Positions 1 to 10,802 of a stretch of 49,204 bases of DNA are shown piece after piece. The notes beneath the pieces are model-generated. The model was not told the origin of the DNA. It was given only the letters and a program-made list of their open reading frames with translations, and made no database searches. The stretch's first letter is position 1. Each line of letters starts with the position of its first letter. The stretch lies in the sequence record DRR723986_13874. The stretch is one strand, 5' to 3'. The position numbers were made by a program, and so were the translations under genes.

Positions 1-639
1 TTGCTGCTCGCCTTGTTGCTGCTCGCCTTGCTGGGCAGATTCCTCATCCTTGAGTGGCTCGCCGCCCAGTTGTTCGACTAGTTCAGCGGCTTTCTTTTCG
101 AGCTGTTGCTGATTCTCCGACGACAGGTTTAGATCCTGACCGCCCTCAGTTCGGCCGCGAAGAGCGCCTTGCATTCGCAGGAGCCGTTCTGTTTCTTCGA
201 TCCATCGCCTGACTTCTTCTCGCTTCTCGCGGATTCTGTCTTGCCGGTTTTCACTTTGCAGCAGTTCCAGGATCTTGGCTAAGTTCGCTTTGGCAGTCGT
301 CTGGCGCTCAAGCGCTTCGCTATACTGCTGGGCTCCAATGTTCTTCGCGGCAGATACAAGCTCATCGCTCAGCCGTACTTGTTTGCTCAATTGTACGGCT
401 TGTTTGAGAAGGGCAGATCGCGTCGGATTGCTAATCGCCTCCAGTTCGGCACTTCGAAGAAGCAACTTCTCTAGCTCTGCGTAGCGATTTGCCAAACTGC
501 TTTGCTGGTCAGCAAGTTTCGGCTGAGCAGACTCGGGAGACTGAGCAAACGCTCGCATCGAATCCTGGACCGATATGAGGTGCAATGAGAGGACGAGCGT
601 AAGCGACGCGAGAATCTTTGGTCGGGAAAGCCTAATCAT
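1..639 (-). CDS. Secreted coiled-coil, Gln-rich protein; 3' end runs off the window; last visible gene of the MoxR/vWA operon
   Basis: Not in the ORF track because there is no stop in the window. Read manually: ATG at 639 preceded by GAGG. Translation MIRLSRPKILASLTLVLSLHLISVQDSMRAFAQ (signal-peptide-like), then helical RYAELEKLLLRSAELE...LELLQSENRQDRIREKREEVRRWIEE, then QGEQQQGEQQ repeats. Frame is open to base 1. Confidence 0.8.
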   Translation of the reverse strand, partial: MIRLSRPKILASLTLVLSLHLISVQDSMRAFAQSPESAQPKLADQQSSLANRYAELEKLLLRSAELEAISNPTRSALLKQAVQLSKQVRLSDELVSAAKNIGAQQYSEALERQTTAKANLAKILELLQSENRQDRIREKREEVRRWIEETERLLRMQGALRGRTEGGQDLNLSSENQQQLEKKAAELVEQLGGEPLKDEESAQQGEQQQGEQQ

Positions 640-720
640 CGAACTGCCTCTTCATTGTGCAAGAAAGTCTACGCGACCAATTGCTGTCGCCGGACGATTC
701 CGCACGCTCAGTTGTATCCA

Positions 721-3162
721 CTACTTGAACAAATCCAAGACGCGTTTCTGCTGCTCTTCTTTGGTGCGTTTCATCAATTCGTCTTGTTCATCCATTAGAC
801 CGCGAACCAAGTCTACGATCTCATTGAAAGATTCCATGTCGAGCATATTGGCCTGGATCTCTAGAAGTCCGGCCAGAATGTTATCAAGCTGCGTCCGCGC
901 TGTAGCCGCACTTTGCATGATCGACGGAACGGCATCATCGTTTATGCGTCGTGCTTGTTTGCGAAGACCTCCGAGCGAATCCTGGAACTCAGCGTACTCT
1001 TCGTCCAGCAGTTCGTTAAGCGGTTGGACAACCTTGGTATCCAGTCGCTCGATACGGTCATAATTGCCAGTTCTGTTGTTCACCAACTGCTGCTGCACAT
1101 TGGCGATGCTTAATGCGATTCCCGACAGTTCCTGCTGCGATTTGTCGCCTTGCATAACAGACTGTTGAGCCATGATGTCAATCCGGCGACTCATCGTTAA
1201 ATTGCCCGAGTCCGAACTGCCGGCCTCGTCTGCAGCTTCGGCAACGCCACTGTTGATCTTGATCAGTAGCTCGCTTAGCTCCCGCAATTCTGAAATGATG
1301 ATGTCCAGACGCTGACGCTGTTCTAGTTCCTGGCGATCAAGCAGGATGAGCAATTCATCAAGGGTTACGATCGAAAGCTGCTTGGGAGTTGAGCGTCCTG
1401 CGCGAGTGGGCGCGGGCGAGACTGGTTCGCCGGAGGTACCAGCTTGCTGGGTAGTCGAATCCATCTCGTAGTAGTCGGTTGCGACGACAGAAATTCCAAT
1501 CGCTTCGCCGACTTCAACCGAGATAGCGTTCGATTCTCGCAACTGCTTGAGATCAAGTTGCGTGGCAAATTCCTCGGTCGAACTCGCGACGGGGATATCG
1601 GTAAGCGAGCCATCTGCAGTCCCAAACTCGACGCTCACCGATGCGACGGCGTGATCGTCTGTGATGGTACCCGCAATGGGCAGAATGGCATCTGCTGTGA
1701 TCGCAGATCCAATGCCGACTAGCTTTGTCTCTACTTCTGGGACGGTATCAGGAAGCACATGAATAACGTATCGAGCGACGCTTCCGGATGGTAAACCGTA
1801 CTGATCGATGAGTCGCGTTTCGACGACCATATTCTCGGTGATTGCACCAAGCGGGATTGTGAAATCGGTACCTTCTGTTTCGACGCGTCTGATGTCCAGT
1901 TCCGCGGTCGTATTGTTCGGAGAAGGCGATTCCTCACCATCCTGTTGGGCTAAAGCTGAGGCACTCGCCTGCTGCGATACGATCAAGTATTCGACTGCCT
2001 GAAGCGTACTGCTCGATTGTCCAACCAAGGATATGGCGGTGCCCTCTGGGATGCGCATCGCATTGCGATAGGCAAGCAATTCCGTGCCGCTCCGAAAGCT
2101 ATCGCCGGAACCACCAGCAGAAAGGTATTCCGGGTATTGGCACTGTACACGCATTTGAATCGCAACGGCGGGTTCAACAGTTTCAATTCTTAATCCGCTG
2201 ATTCGACCATCTCGTCCAACGATATCCAAGTCGACGGATTCAGCGACACCGTCGAGTGGAGGACCGTCGAGCGTGAATGGTTGCCATGACTCGAGGGGCG
2301 ACCCAATCTTTCGCAAGTTTGCTCTTCCGCGTGTTCCGCCCGCGAATCGATAGTACATCGTGCAGACATCAGGTGTCTCGGGGGCGTCAACGTTGGCAGC
2401 AATTTGCAACAGGACATCGGTGCCCGCTGGTACGCGTACAGTTGATTGTTCGTCGAATGCAAGGAGAGTCTTCGAGCTTGATGTTTCACCGGAAAAGAGT
2501 GGCTTCTGAAACTCGACACCATCTGCTCTCAGCTCAACGGATCTCGGCCACCGCGTGTCGGACAATCCGAACAAGCGGCTTGCCCAAAGTCGCGTCCAAT
2601 TGCTTTGCGTCGCGACGACGGCCAGGCTGACTAGGCAGAGTGCCGTCAGCAAAGAACCGCTGAGCCAAACCGGTTGCCAGTTGATGACCTCGCGAACGGC
2701 AAGTGGCTTGATCCTCTGCTGCGCTTCCTGGTGCGCCTCACCCAACATAGCTTGGTAAGCAGCCGGGTTGGAAACTTCAGCGACCTTACGTTGACGCTCT
2801 GCGGGATCAAGCAGTTCGACGGCAGTGACTAGTGAGCTTCCCAAGGCTGGGAAGTGGCGTTCGAGCGCGATTGCCAAGCTGCGAGGAGAAAGCTGGCGAA
2901 AGAACCGCGGTAAAAAATATACGGTGGCAATCCAAAGTAGCCCGAAACTCAGGACACAGAGCATGCCAATTCGGACAAAACGGGGTGTTTCACTAGAGCC
3001 GATTCTGACCGGAAGGTAATCGACTAGGCCGCCAAGCCAGAATATTGCCAAGAACCATATTCCAGCCCAGCACAGCGAGTTCAGCGTCACATAACGGCGC
3101 AAGAAGAACCGCAACTCACTGAGTTTATCTGTGATGATCGGTGATAGTTTGTCGTCATCCAT
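721..3162 (-). CDS. Large membrane-anchored hypothetical protein (N-terminal TM helices, beta-rich middle, C-terminal coiled coil)
   Basis: 813-aa ORF with about three hydrophobic N-terminal segments, an 'LERHFPALGSSLVTAVEL' segment and a heptad-rich C-terminus. Co-oriented within the MoxR/vWA operon. Confidence 0.75.
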   Translation of the reverse strand: MDDDKLSPIITDKLSELRFFLRRYVTLNSLCWAGIWFLAIFWLGGLVDYLPVRIGSSETPRFVRIGMLCVLSFGLLWIATVYFLPRFFRQLSPRSLAIALERHFPALGSSLVTAVELLDPAERQRKVAEVSNPAAYQAMLGEAHQEAQQRIKPLAVREVINWQPVWLSGSLLTALCLVSLAVVATQSNWTRLWASRLFGLSDTRWPRSVELRADGVEFQKPLFSGETSSSKTLLAFDEQSTVRVPAGTDVLLQIAANVDAPETPDVCTMYYRFAGGTRGRANLRKIGSPLESWQPFTLDGPPLDGVAESVDLDIVGRDGRISGLRIETVEPAVAIQMRVQCQYPEYLSAGGSGDSFRSGTELLAYRNAMRIPEGTAISLVGQSSSTLQAVEYLIVSQQASASALAQQDGEESPSPNNTTAELDIRRVETEGTDFTIPLGAITENMVVETRLIDQYGLPSGSVARYVIHVLPDTVPEVETKLVGIGSAITADAILPIAGTITDDHAVASVSVEFGTADGSLTDIPVASSTEEFATQLDLKQLRESNAISVEVGEAIGISVVATDYYEMDSTTQQAGTSGEPVSPAPTRAGRSTPKQLSIVTLDELLILLDRQELEQRQRLDIIISELRELSELLIKINSGVAEAADEAGSSDSGNLTMSRRIDIMAQQSVMQGDKSQQELSGIALSIANVQQQLVNNRTGNYDRIERLDTKVVQPLNELLDEEYAEFQDSLGGLRKQARRINDDAVPSIMQSAATARTQLDNILAGLLEIQANMLDMESFNEIVDLVRGLMDEQDELMKRTKEEQQKRVLDLFK

Positions 3163-3235
3163 GGTGCGATCAGTTGCAATGCTGGATTTGCATTTCTATG
3201 CGTTGGACGTGCTAAGGAAATCGTGATTGATTGTG

Positions 3236-6040
3236 TTAGGCAAGACGGAAGACTCGGCGTGTAAGCCATTCTATGCCCAGGCAGGTTGCGATCCATGCCA
3301 TAAACCAGCCCAACAGTCTGACCTGGAATACCGTGTCCGGAGTGCCGGGAACATAGGTGACGATTGCGGCCGAGGGTAGGGCCGTGGCTAGCGAGTCGCC
3401 GGCGGTTGTGGTTGCGGCACAGCCGTCCCAGAAACGCCCACTGGTTTCCTTCGTTATTTGTTCGATGAGTTTATCGTTTCTCTGTGCGAATTGCATTTCG
3501 CTTGCTGGGACCGTCGCTTGGACACTTGCAGAAAGAATTTCATCGCTGGCAAGTGCTCCCAACTGTAACTCGATCAAGTAGTCTCCTTCTGCGAGCAGTG
3601 GAAACTGCCCCGTATAGACACCTGGTTGTGAACCATCGGGCAATGGTCTGAGCGTGAGCGGGACGTTTCTTCCAAGGGGATCTGTCAATCGAGCGACAAC
3701 CTCTGCCTGAATAAGCGGCTCGTACTGTTGATCCTTCAGGACAGCTCGAACGGAAATTTGATCACCCACCGAAGCACGCTCGCGATCAACTAGTACGACG
3801 CCACGGTCGGAATCAAGCAAGAGTCGACCTTGGGATAGCCACCGAAGCAGTTTGATGTAAAATCGGTCAAAGTATTCATCGCCGCTAGTTCGCATTCGCC
3901 ACATCTCGCTGCTACCCAAATAGCCGACGCGACCAGCACCATAAAAGTGATTGGCGATAACAATTGGAAGGTTGCCCGAGACGGCCGACTGTGGATCACT
4001 GAAGTAACCCTGTGCTTTTGCACCCGGTTTCAGCTCTCTGGCTGCGTAGAATCCATAGATGCCTTCAAAGTCTTGCCAGATTCGCAGGCTCTCTGCGGGA
4101 TCATCGGCAACCCACATGAACTCTGTTGTGGATGCATCGGGAGTGAGCGCGAGCGGCCAAGCGGTTGGGGATTCAATTCTCCCAGCGGCAAGAAAACGGC
4201 TGCCGCGGCGTTCGAGTACAACTGGCGAGAGTGACCGCAGGATGTCACCACGCCTGCCGGAAGCACTTCGGCTAACCCATTTCGGCATCTCCACACTTCC
4301 GGCAACCATCAGGAGTCCGCCAGCCTGCTCGGCGACCCACTTTTCGACAGCGTCGACATCCGCGTCTGGGATTTTGGTCCAGTCTGGATCGAATGCCAGA
4401 ATCGCATCATACTGGCTCAGCTCCGCACGCCCACTTGGAAATTTGGTAAGCAGTTTTTGTGCTTCCTGGCTCGACCCCTGGCCACCGGACTGCAGCAGCA
4501 CGTGTGATTCGACATCACGATCGCGGTACATCAGGTTTCGAACAAACTGATACTCTCGCGAAGGGCCGCCCGCGAAAATGAGGATTCGATTCTTACGCTC
4601 GACAACTTCTACCGAAATAGTCCGAAGGTTGTCGTCAGTCGAGTACTCGCCCGGTGGCGAAACGACTCGCAGTGCGTAGTCCCACTTGCCGACCGCCTTG
4701 GGCGTTAGTTGGAACTCAGCGTCCGTTAATTCGCCGTCGGGCCCTAGCGTAATGGGTTGTTCCTGCTCCACTGCCATCTGAGCTGGTGGTGTGCCCGGTT
4801 TGCCGGCGAGAACCTGAACGCTAACCGATTGCCCAGAGTATCCCGAGCTGGCAAGGATGCCTGTCAGTGAGAAACGGTCGCCGGGGTAAAGCCGTTTGGA
4901 TGCGTCGACTTCTGCAACGGAGATATTTGGCGGAGTCTTCTCTGAACCCAGGCCTATGAAATGAATCGGAACGCCGCGCGCCGCGGCGGACGCACTGCTG
5001 CGGCGCGGATCGACGCCCGCGTTGCTTCGACCGTCACTAACAACCACAATCCCGGCTAGCGGCTGACCCGCTTCCTTGTCGAGCACAATAGCCAGGGCAT
5101 CACCCAGCCTTGTGTTTGATCCCGATGGACGCAGGGCGTCGGTCCAGTCCTCCGGTAATTCTGCGGATGCGTCTGGAGCATCGTCTTCGGTGGTGATTTC
5201 GGATTCAAGCCGTTCTTCGCCGTCCCAAAGCGAACCGAGCGTGAATTTTGAATTAGGGACCGCCGCAAAGCCGGCTACGATGAGCCCGGCGAACACGGCA
5301 ATGACTCCCAGCATCATCGAATTGTGCAATCCTGAGGTTGCGCGGAATCCAGCAAACTGGCCAATCAGACAGGCTAAGATCAGAAAGCTTGCCGTAATTA
5401 GGAGTACAGCCGCTATCCTGGCAAGCGTTCTGCCAACCTGCAATCTTTCAAGCAGTGCCGATTGGCCGCCATTGTTACTTGGTTCCTGGGCGATAACTTC
5501 TGCGTCTGCGGACAATGGAACCGTTGCGAGCAATTGCGGGCTGCGAGCGGCATCAAAGCGATACAGAGAAACATCATGCGTACCCGACAACTCATCGAGC
5601 ACCGACGAGTTCGCGAGCCAGTCTGAGGCGACTTGGATTCTTGATGGGGACCCTGCCGTAGGACCGTCCGCCGCTGGCAGCGTCATGCTCAATGATGCGT
5701 CGACCAAAATCGCCACTTGTGAGTTGCGTACAACACGTTGTTCGGTTCTCTTTTCAAGTCCTAGGAAGTGGACCAGAAGACCGAGGATTGCTGCCAAGCG
5801 CAGCGTCACTAGTGACCACTTGATGATCTTGGGGAGGTCGCTGCCATCACGCGTGTAAAGTCGGGTGACGAAACCTGTTATCCCGACGACAACGATGGCA
5901 AGCACTAGCCAGTGCCACCACTGGTCAAGCTGCTCCAGCGTGGACCAGGAATAGTTCACCCTGGTCTGAGCAAGGGTAAGCGAATCTACCCCAAGCGAGA
6001 GTGAGGAAAGGCTGCTGAGTGTCGCATTCAGGAGGCTCAT
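3236..6040 (-). CDS. Membrane protein with vWA domain and class I glutamine-amidotransferase-like domain
   Basis: MIDAS-like DASLSM and VVVSDGRSN; TM segments; 'RILIFAGGPSREYQFVRNL...YDAILAFD...GGLLMVAG' GATase-like region; C-terminal TM ending IEWLTRR. Start moved to ATG 6040, which gives an ATGA overlap with the upstream stop. Confidence 0.8.
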   Translation of the reverse strand: MSLLNATLSSLSSLSLGVDSLTLAQTRVNYSWSTLEQLDQWWHWLVLAIVVVGITGFVTRLYTRDGSDLPKIIKWSLVTLRLAAILGLLVHFLGLEKRTEQRVVRNSQVAILVDASLSMTLPAADGPTAGSPSRIQVASDWLANSSVLDELSGTHDVSLYRFDAARSPQLLATVPLSADAEVIAQEPSNNGGQSALLERLQVGRTLARIAAVLLITASFLILACLIGQFAGFRATSGLHNSMMLGVIAVFAGLIVAGFAAVPNSKFTLGSLWDGEERLESEITTEDDAPDASAELPEDWTDALRPSGSNTRLGDALAIVLDKEAGQPLAGIVVVSDGRSNAGVDPRRSSASAAARGVPIHFIGLGSEKTPPNISVAEVDASKRLYPGDRFSLTGILASSGYSGQSVSVQVLAGKPGTPPAQMAVEQEQPITLGPDGELTDAEFQLTPKAVGKWDYALRVVSPPGEYSTDDNLRTISVEVVERKNRILIFAGGPSREYQFVRNLMYRDRDVESHVLLQSGGQGSSQEAQKLLTKFPSGRAELSQYDAILAFDPDWTKIPDADVDAVEKWVAEQAGGLLMVAGSVEMPKWVSRSASGRRGDILRSLSPVVLERRGSRFLAAGRIESPTAWPLALTPDASTTEFMWVADDPAESLRIWQDFEGIYGFYAARELKPGAKAQGYFSDPQSAVSGNLPIVIANHFYGAGRVGYLGSSEMWRMRTSGDEYFDRFYIKLLRWLSQGRLLLDSDRGVVLVDRERASVGDQISVRAVLKDQQYEPLIQAEVVARLTDPLGRNVPLTLRPLPDGSQPGVYTGQFPLLAEGDYLIELQLGALASDEILSASVQATVPASEMQFAQRNDKLIEQITKETSGRFWDGCAATTTAGDSLATALPSAAIVTYVPGTPDTVFQVRLLGWFMAWIATCLGIEWLTRRVFRLA

Positions 6041-8469
6041 GCTAGGCCTCCCTTGGTGCGCGTTCGAGGGGCGGTTGAGCCGCGAGTCGAGTCGCTTGGG
6101 CTTGCGCTGTGGTAAGAACACGAGTATGCAAGTAGTTGCTCAATCACCAAGATGACAACGAGCACAATGATCCAAAAGGTGCTCTGAGTAGAATCTTGAG
6201 AAATGCCGGGCCCCGCGGCCATTGCATCCGCACGGAAAATCTGGACAGGCAGATCATTAAAGCTTCGCGCAAGTTCTCCGCTGTTCGTTGTTGCTAGATC
6301 GCCATCTTCTGGAGCAACATTGTGAGCGATGTTGCGGACGACTCGGTCACCACTTGCTTGGGTCAGCCAAACTTCGATCACCCCCGGCCGAAGAAACGCA
6401 TCGACGAGTTCTCGGTCACTCTGCCCCAATGCGACGTCGAGCTGCACTCGCGATGGTGATTCATTATTGTTTGTGGATTGGCCTGACGACGGCTGATCGC
6501 CTGTCTGAGCCGACTGCTGAGCCTCGACGAGCGATGATTCGAATCGAAGGCGGGCCGACGATTCCTGAGCGGACGAGCGTGCAGGCAAGAGGATTTCCGC
6601 CGATGGAAGCATTTGCTCGCTTCCGACGACGAAGTCTACAGGTGTTGATACTGGTGCGTCGACACTGTCCCGTTTGAAACTGCCCAAGTACCCAATCGTC
6701 CGCAGCATGAATACGACGAACGTTGGGTCGCTGCTCCAAGTGCTCCATTCCGAGGTCAGTCCCGTTAGCGCTGCAACGACGTGTCCTTCACCGAGCGGCA
6801 TGTCCACTGCTAAAGGGATTCCCGCGGATGTCATTGCGATTGGTTCGCTATCGCGATCCGTCAAAATGTCTTGGTCTAGACGTAGTAGTTTTCGAATTTG
6901 CAGCGCGAAGAACGGCGACGTCGCGAGGCCTTCTAGTGGCTCAAGGATGACGTGCCCAGTCAGGGAAGCTTGAGCACCGCTGGCAAACTCTTCCACCGCT
7001 TCGACTGGGGCGGGGAATGGCCCGTTGCCGTCGGCGTAAAAAATTGATTCCAAGTTTGCTGTATTTGTATTCGGGCCAGCAATCAAGAACACCCCGCCGC
7101 CTGAAGTCACGTAGTCGGATAGGCCGACGACGACATCTTGATCCAATCGCGGAACATCCAGTAGGCAGATAACGTCATACTGCTTCCATAGATCCGGTGA
7201 AGTGTCACGTAAAAAGACGTCGTCTTCGACATCGACCGTGATGCCAGTGGTGATCTTTTCATCGGGGGCAAGCAGTGCTTCGATAAAAAAAGCGTTCCTG
7301 CGTTGCGGATCACCGTCAATCAGGAGCACATTTTGTGACTGGGCAATATTGATGGTTGCCCAACGTCGATTGTCGGCAGCCAGGGAGTCATCTGGTAGCG
7401 AGATTTCAACTACGTGCGAACCGGCCTGGGAAAATAAAACCTGAGCTTTTCGAGTCATGGTTTCGCCGGGACCAAGTTCTTCGATCACGACGGGCGGCAA
7501 GCGCGTTGGTGTTCCCGACAGGGCGTCTTGAAGCACTGGTTCGGCGGCATCGAAAGTCGTACTCGTAAGCTGGACGACTAGGTTGCGGACTGCGGCGTCG
7601 GAATTGTTGCGAATCTGAAATCCTAGCTGCAGAGGTACGCCTGCAGCCCAAACGTCTTGTGGGGCTTGTAGTGCCACGACGCTTACATTCGGCTGGGTCG
7701 ATTCGATATCACAGGCGACGACACTGAATTCGGCCCCCTGGTCTGCTAGTTCCTTGATGGCTTCTTTGAGTTTCGCCGCTTCGCCAAACTCTCGCTGGCG
7801 TACATCGGTGAGCATGTAGACTCTGGCGGTCTGTTCGGGACTCGCGGCAATCTGCGGGCCGATCATCTCCAACGCGGTCAGAGAATCCGTTGCCAGGCCG
7901 GATGGCTCCGATGCAGAGATGCGATCAAGTAGCTTTTCGGGATCGCGGGGGACAGTCTGGCCACTCAAGTCTGCTGCAGAAACAAGTTGGCCTGAGTCGC
8001 CTGCGTCTTCGCTGGTGAATGCTCTGCTGGCGATGGCGGCTCTACTGTAACGCAACAGTGTAAGTTGGTGATCTCCCGGTTCGGCGGCGATTGATTTAAT
8101 CAGTCCGCTTAGCGCCTCAAGGGCCTTGCGATAGGAAGTGCTCGAACCATCAGATTGCCCCATGGAATAGGAGTCATCCAGGAGCACGTAATGATGTGTC
8201 GTCTGGCCGCCAAGTGCCGATAGCCACTCGGATTTACTTACCCATCGAGCCAAGAGCAGGACGAGGATGGCCATCGCCAACATGCGCGCCAACAACAGCA
8301 GCCATTGCTTGAGCATTACCCATCGTCGGTTCTTCTGATGGCTCTCGAGCAGGAACTCCATCGCAGCCCACTTGCGGCGGCGGTGTCGCAGCATGTTGAT
8401 CAGGTGGATCAACACAGGCAGGCCGAGCAGTAAAAAGCCCCAGGTCAGTACGGGGTATAGGAATTGCAT
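6037..8469 (-). CDS. BatA-like N-terminal domain and vWA domain membrane protein
   Basis: N-terminus FLYPVLTWGFLLLGLPVLIHLIN...WAAMEFLL is a BatA-type double-TM segment; MIDAS-like DDSYSM; Ig/CARDB-like middle; C-terminal TM. Confidence 0.85.
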   Translation of the reverse strand: MQFLYPVLTWGFLLLGLPVLIHLINMLRHRRRKWAAMEFLLESHQKNRRWVMLKQWLLLLARMLAMAILVLLLARWVSKSEWLSALGGQTTHHYVLLDDSYSMGQSDGSSTSYRKALEALSGLIKSIAAEPGDHQLTLLRYSRAAIASRAFTSEDAGDSGQLVSAADLSGQTVPRDPEKLLDRISASEPSGLATDSLTALEMIGPQIAASPEQTARVYMLTDVRQREFGEAAKLKEAIKELADQGAEFSVVACDIESTQPNVSVVALQAPQDVWAAGVPLQLGFQIRNNSDAAVRNLVVQLTSTTFDAAEPVLQDALSGTPTRLPPVVIEELGPGETMTRKAQVLFSQAGSHVVEISLPDDSLAADNRRWATINIAQSQNVLLIDGDPQRRNAFFIEALLAPDEKITTGITVDVEDDVFLRDTSPDLWKQYDVICLLDVPRLDQDVVVGLSDYVTSGGGVFLIAGPNTNTANLESIFYADGNGPFPAPVEAVEEFASGAQASLTGHVILEPLEGLATSPFFALQIRKLLRLDQDILTDRDSEPIAMTSAGIPLAVDMPLGEGHVVAALTGLTSEWSTWSSDPTFVVFMLRTIGYLGSFKRDSVDAPVSTPVDFVVGSEQMLPSAEILLPARSSAQESSARLRFESSLVEAQQSAQTGDQPSSGQSTNNNESPSRVQLDVALGQSDRELVDAFLRPGVIEVWLTQASGDRVVRNIAHNVAPEDGDLATTNSGELARSFNDLPVQIFRADAMAAGPGISQDSTQSTFWIIVLVVILVIEQLLAYSCSYHSASPSDSTRGSTAPRTRTKGGLA

Positions 8470-8475
8470 CGCTGC

Positions 8476-9375
8476 CTATCTCCGCACTGCGTGTTGTCGG
8501 GCGTTCAGAATGTCAGACAGGATTGCATCGGGAGCATCGCTGGTTCGAGCCAGGATGTAGTCGCAGCCAGCGCCAGCGCACGTTCGGCGTACCCTTTCCA
8601 GGAACTTCCCAAGTGATTCGAGGTATCCGTCTCGGAGAGCTTTTGGATTGCAAGTCAGTTGGGCGTCGCTCTCAAGCCCTTCGAATCGCGTTGGATCCGA
8701 GAATGGAAAGTCGAGTTCATCGTCGTGCATCACGTGCAGCACAATGCAGTCGTGGCCAGCCTTGCGAAGGGTCTCAATGCCCTTGAGCGAGCTTTTCTCT
8801 GCACCCAGAAGATCGCTCACCAAGACGACCAGTCCACGTCGCGGCATCGCTTGAACGACCTCTTTGAAGACACCGCCAAGGTCAGTTTTATCTCTGGACG
8901 ATTCATTCTCTAGGCCCGCCAGAATTGCCCTCAGGTGGCTTCGGCTTGTTCGCAGCGGGACTCGTGATCGGATTTTCGTGTCGAACGTCATGCTGCCAAC
9001 GGCATCCTGTTGATTGAGTACCAGCAGCGATAGGCAGGCGGCGAGTGTTGACGCAAATTCGAATTTGTTGTGGGCACCTTCCCCATAGGACATGCTGGCC
9101 GAGGCGTCCATCAGGAGGTTGCATCGGAGGTTGGTGTCTTCCTCGTATTGCTTAACGACCAGTCGGTCTTGGCGTGCCCATACCTTCCAATCGACGTGGC
9201 GCACGTCGTCGCCGGGGGCGTACTGACGGTGCTGCACGAATTCTACGGACTGGCCAAAATATGGGCTGCGGTGCGACCCGGAGAGAAACCCCTCCACGAT
9301 CTGACGGGCTTGCAATTCAAGACGCTGAACCCGCTTGACCGCCTCAGGAGGCAAAAATCTTTTGGAAGCGGGCAT
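8476..9375 (-). CDS. DUF58 family vWA-like protein
   Basis: [36 protein letters not shown] motif and DASASM; immediately downstream of a MoxR ATPase. Confidence 0.92.
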   Translation of the reverse strand: MPASKRFLPPEAVKRVQRLELQARQIVEGFLSGSHRSPYFGQSVEFVQHRQYAPGDDVRHVDWKVWARQDRLVVKQYEEDTNLRCNLLMDASASMSYGEGAHNKFEFASTLAACLSLLVLNQQDAVGSMTFDTKIRSRVPLRTSRSHLRAILAGLENESSRDKTDLGGVFKEVVQAMPRRGLVVLVSDLLGAEKSSLKGIETLRKAGHDCIVLHVMHDDELDFPFSDPTRFEGLESDAQLTCNPKALRDGYLESLGKFLERVRRTCAGAGCDYILARTSDAPDAILSDILNARQHAVRR

Positions 9376-10405
9376 CGCGTGTCAGTTCATCCTCTGCGGT
9401 TGGGGTCTCTCGAACAAGGCGTTCGATACAATCGTCCGTCGTGATTCCTTCACTTTCGGCTGCAAATGTCACCACTAGTCGGTGGCGAAGAACCGGTGTG
9501 CATAGAGCTTGAATGTCTTCGACCGTCACGAATGTTCGTCCGTGCAGCAGCGCGCGTGCTTTGCCAGAGAGAACTAAAAACTGCACCGCACGTGGCCCCG
9601 CGCCCCAGCCGACATTCTCGGCGACAAACTCAGGAACGCCCTCAGTGCCAACTCGAGTTTGACGCACGATTGCGAGGGCGTAACGAATAACATGATCGGA
9701 GACGGGAACGCTTCGGACCAGATCCTGCAGTTCAAGGATTTCATCGCCGCCGAGCACTGGCTCGGTTGTGTGATCGATCTTGGCCGTCGTTTGGCGAGCG
9801 ACTTGCAATTCTTCATCAAAGCTGGGGTAGTCGACCAGCACCTTGAACATGAAGCGGTCTTGCTGTGCTTCCGGAAGCGGGTAGGTGCCCTCTTGCTCGA
9901 TCGGGTTTTGCGTGGCTAGCACAAAAAATGGATTGCCAAGAGCGTGCCGGGTTCGTCCGACCGTTACATGCCGTTCTTGCATGGCTTCCAAGAGAGCCGC
10001 TTGCGTTTTGGGCGGCGTCCGGTTGATCTCGTCGGCCAGAATCACATTGGCGAACAACGGACCTTCCATGAAGCGTCGTTGCAGCGCTCCGCCGGGCTGT
10101 TCTTCGATTACTTCTGTGCCGGTGATGTCAGCCGGCATCAGGTCAGGTGTGAACTGAATCCGGCTAAAGTTCAAACTCAGGCAGTCAGCAAGGGTGCTGA
10201 TCAGGAGCGTCTTTGCCAGTCCTGGAACGCCCTCCAACAAGCAGTGGCCCCGACTGAAGATGCTGATGAGCAGTTGGTCAATTACGTCCTGCTGACCAAC
10301 GATGACCTTGCCCAACTGTGCAAGGATTTGCTCGCGGGTTGCCTGGAGCTTGTCAATTGCTCCACTTGGCAGTTCGCCTCCAGTTCCATTATCGCCAGCA
10401 TTCAT
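9344..10405 (-). CDS. moxR: MoxR family AAA+ ATPase
   Basis: Walker [21 protein letters not shown], Walker [31 protein letters not shown]. Overlaps the DUF58 gene by 32 nt. Confidence 0.95.
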   Translation of the reverse strand: MNAGDNGTGGELPSGAIDKLQATREQILAQLGKVIVGQQDVIDQLLISIFSRGHCLLEGVPGLAKTLLISTLADCLSLNFSRIQFTPDLMPADITGTEVIEEQPGGALQRRFMEGPLFANVILADEINRTPPKTQAALLEAMQERHVTVGRTRHALGNPFFVLATQNPIEQEGTYPLPEAQQDRFMFKVLVDYPSFDEELQVARQTTAKIDHTTEPVLGGDEILELQDLVRSVPVSDHVIRYALAIVRQTRVGTEGVPEFVAENVGWGAGPRAVQFLVLSGKARALLHGRTFVTVEDIQALCTPVLRHRLVVTFAAESEGITTDDCIERLVRETPTAEDELTRDARFQKIFAS

Positions 10406-10802
10406 GCAGTCTTCCTACCTGATGTGTGCCACAGTGTCGCTTTCGTAAGCCGACAACTTGCCGTGATTGCTACAGCTTTACAGTCTGCATCAGTTATAGA
10501 CCAAAAGCTAGCCCTGGATGAAAAGGTGTTGCCCCCTCGGTGGCATAAAAACGAGCTTTTTGTTGCCCGCACAGTTGCACCGTGACTGATCCATATCACC
10601 GGTAATTGCTTGGTCAAGCCGCCGAATAGGACGCGGATCGAATGCCGTACCATGCCAGCGGTCAACGTATCCCCAACCCAGCCGCTGCGAAGTGCCCTTG
10701 GCTGGTAGCTTCGGGATTTGCTATCACCAGCATTCTATGACCGTGCACAGTAGATCTTCCGAATCCAACAACTACCTGGCCAAGTGCCGCTGTGGTGACA
10801 GT

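Noticed and set aside
5076-5858. 260-aa plus-strand ORF
   Set aside because: Ser/Ala-rich antisense shadow of the vWA gene with no recognisable motifs.
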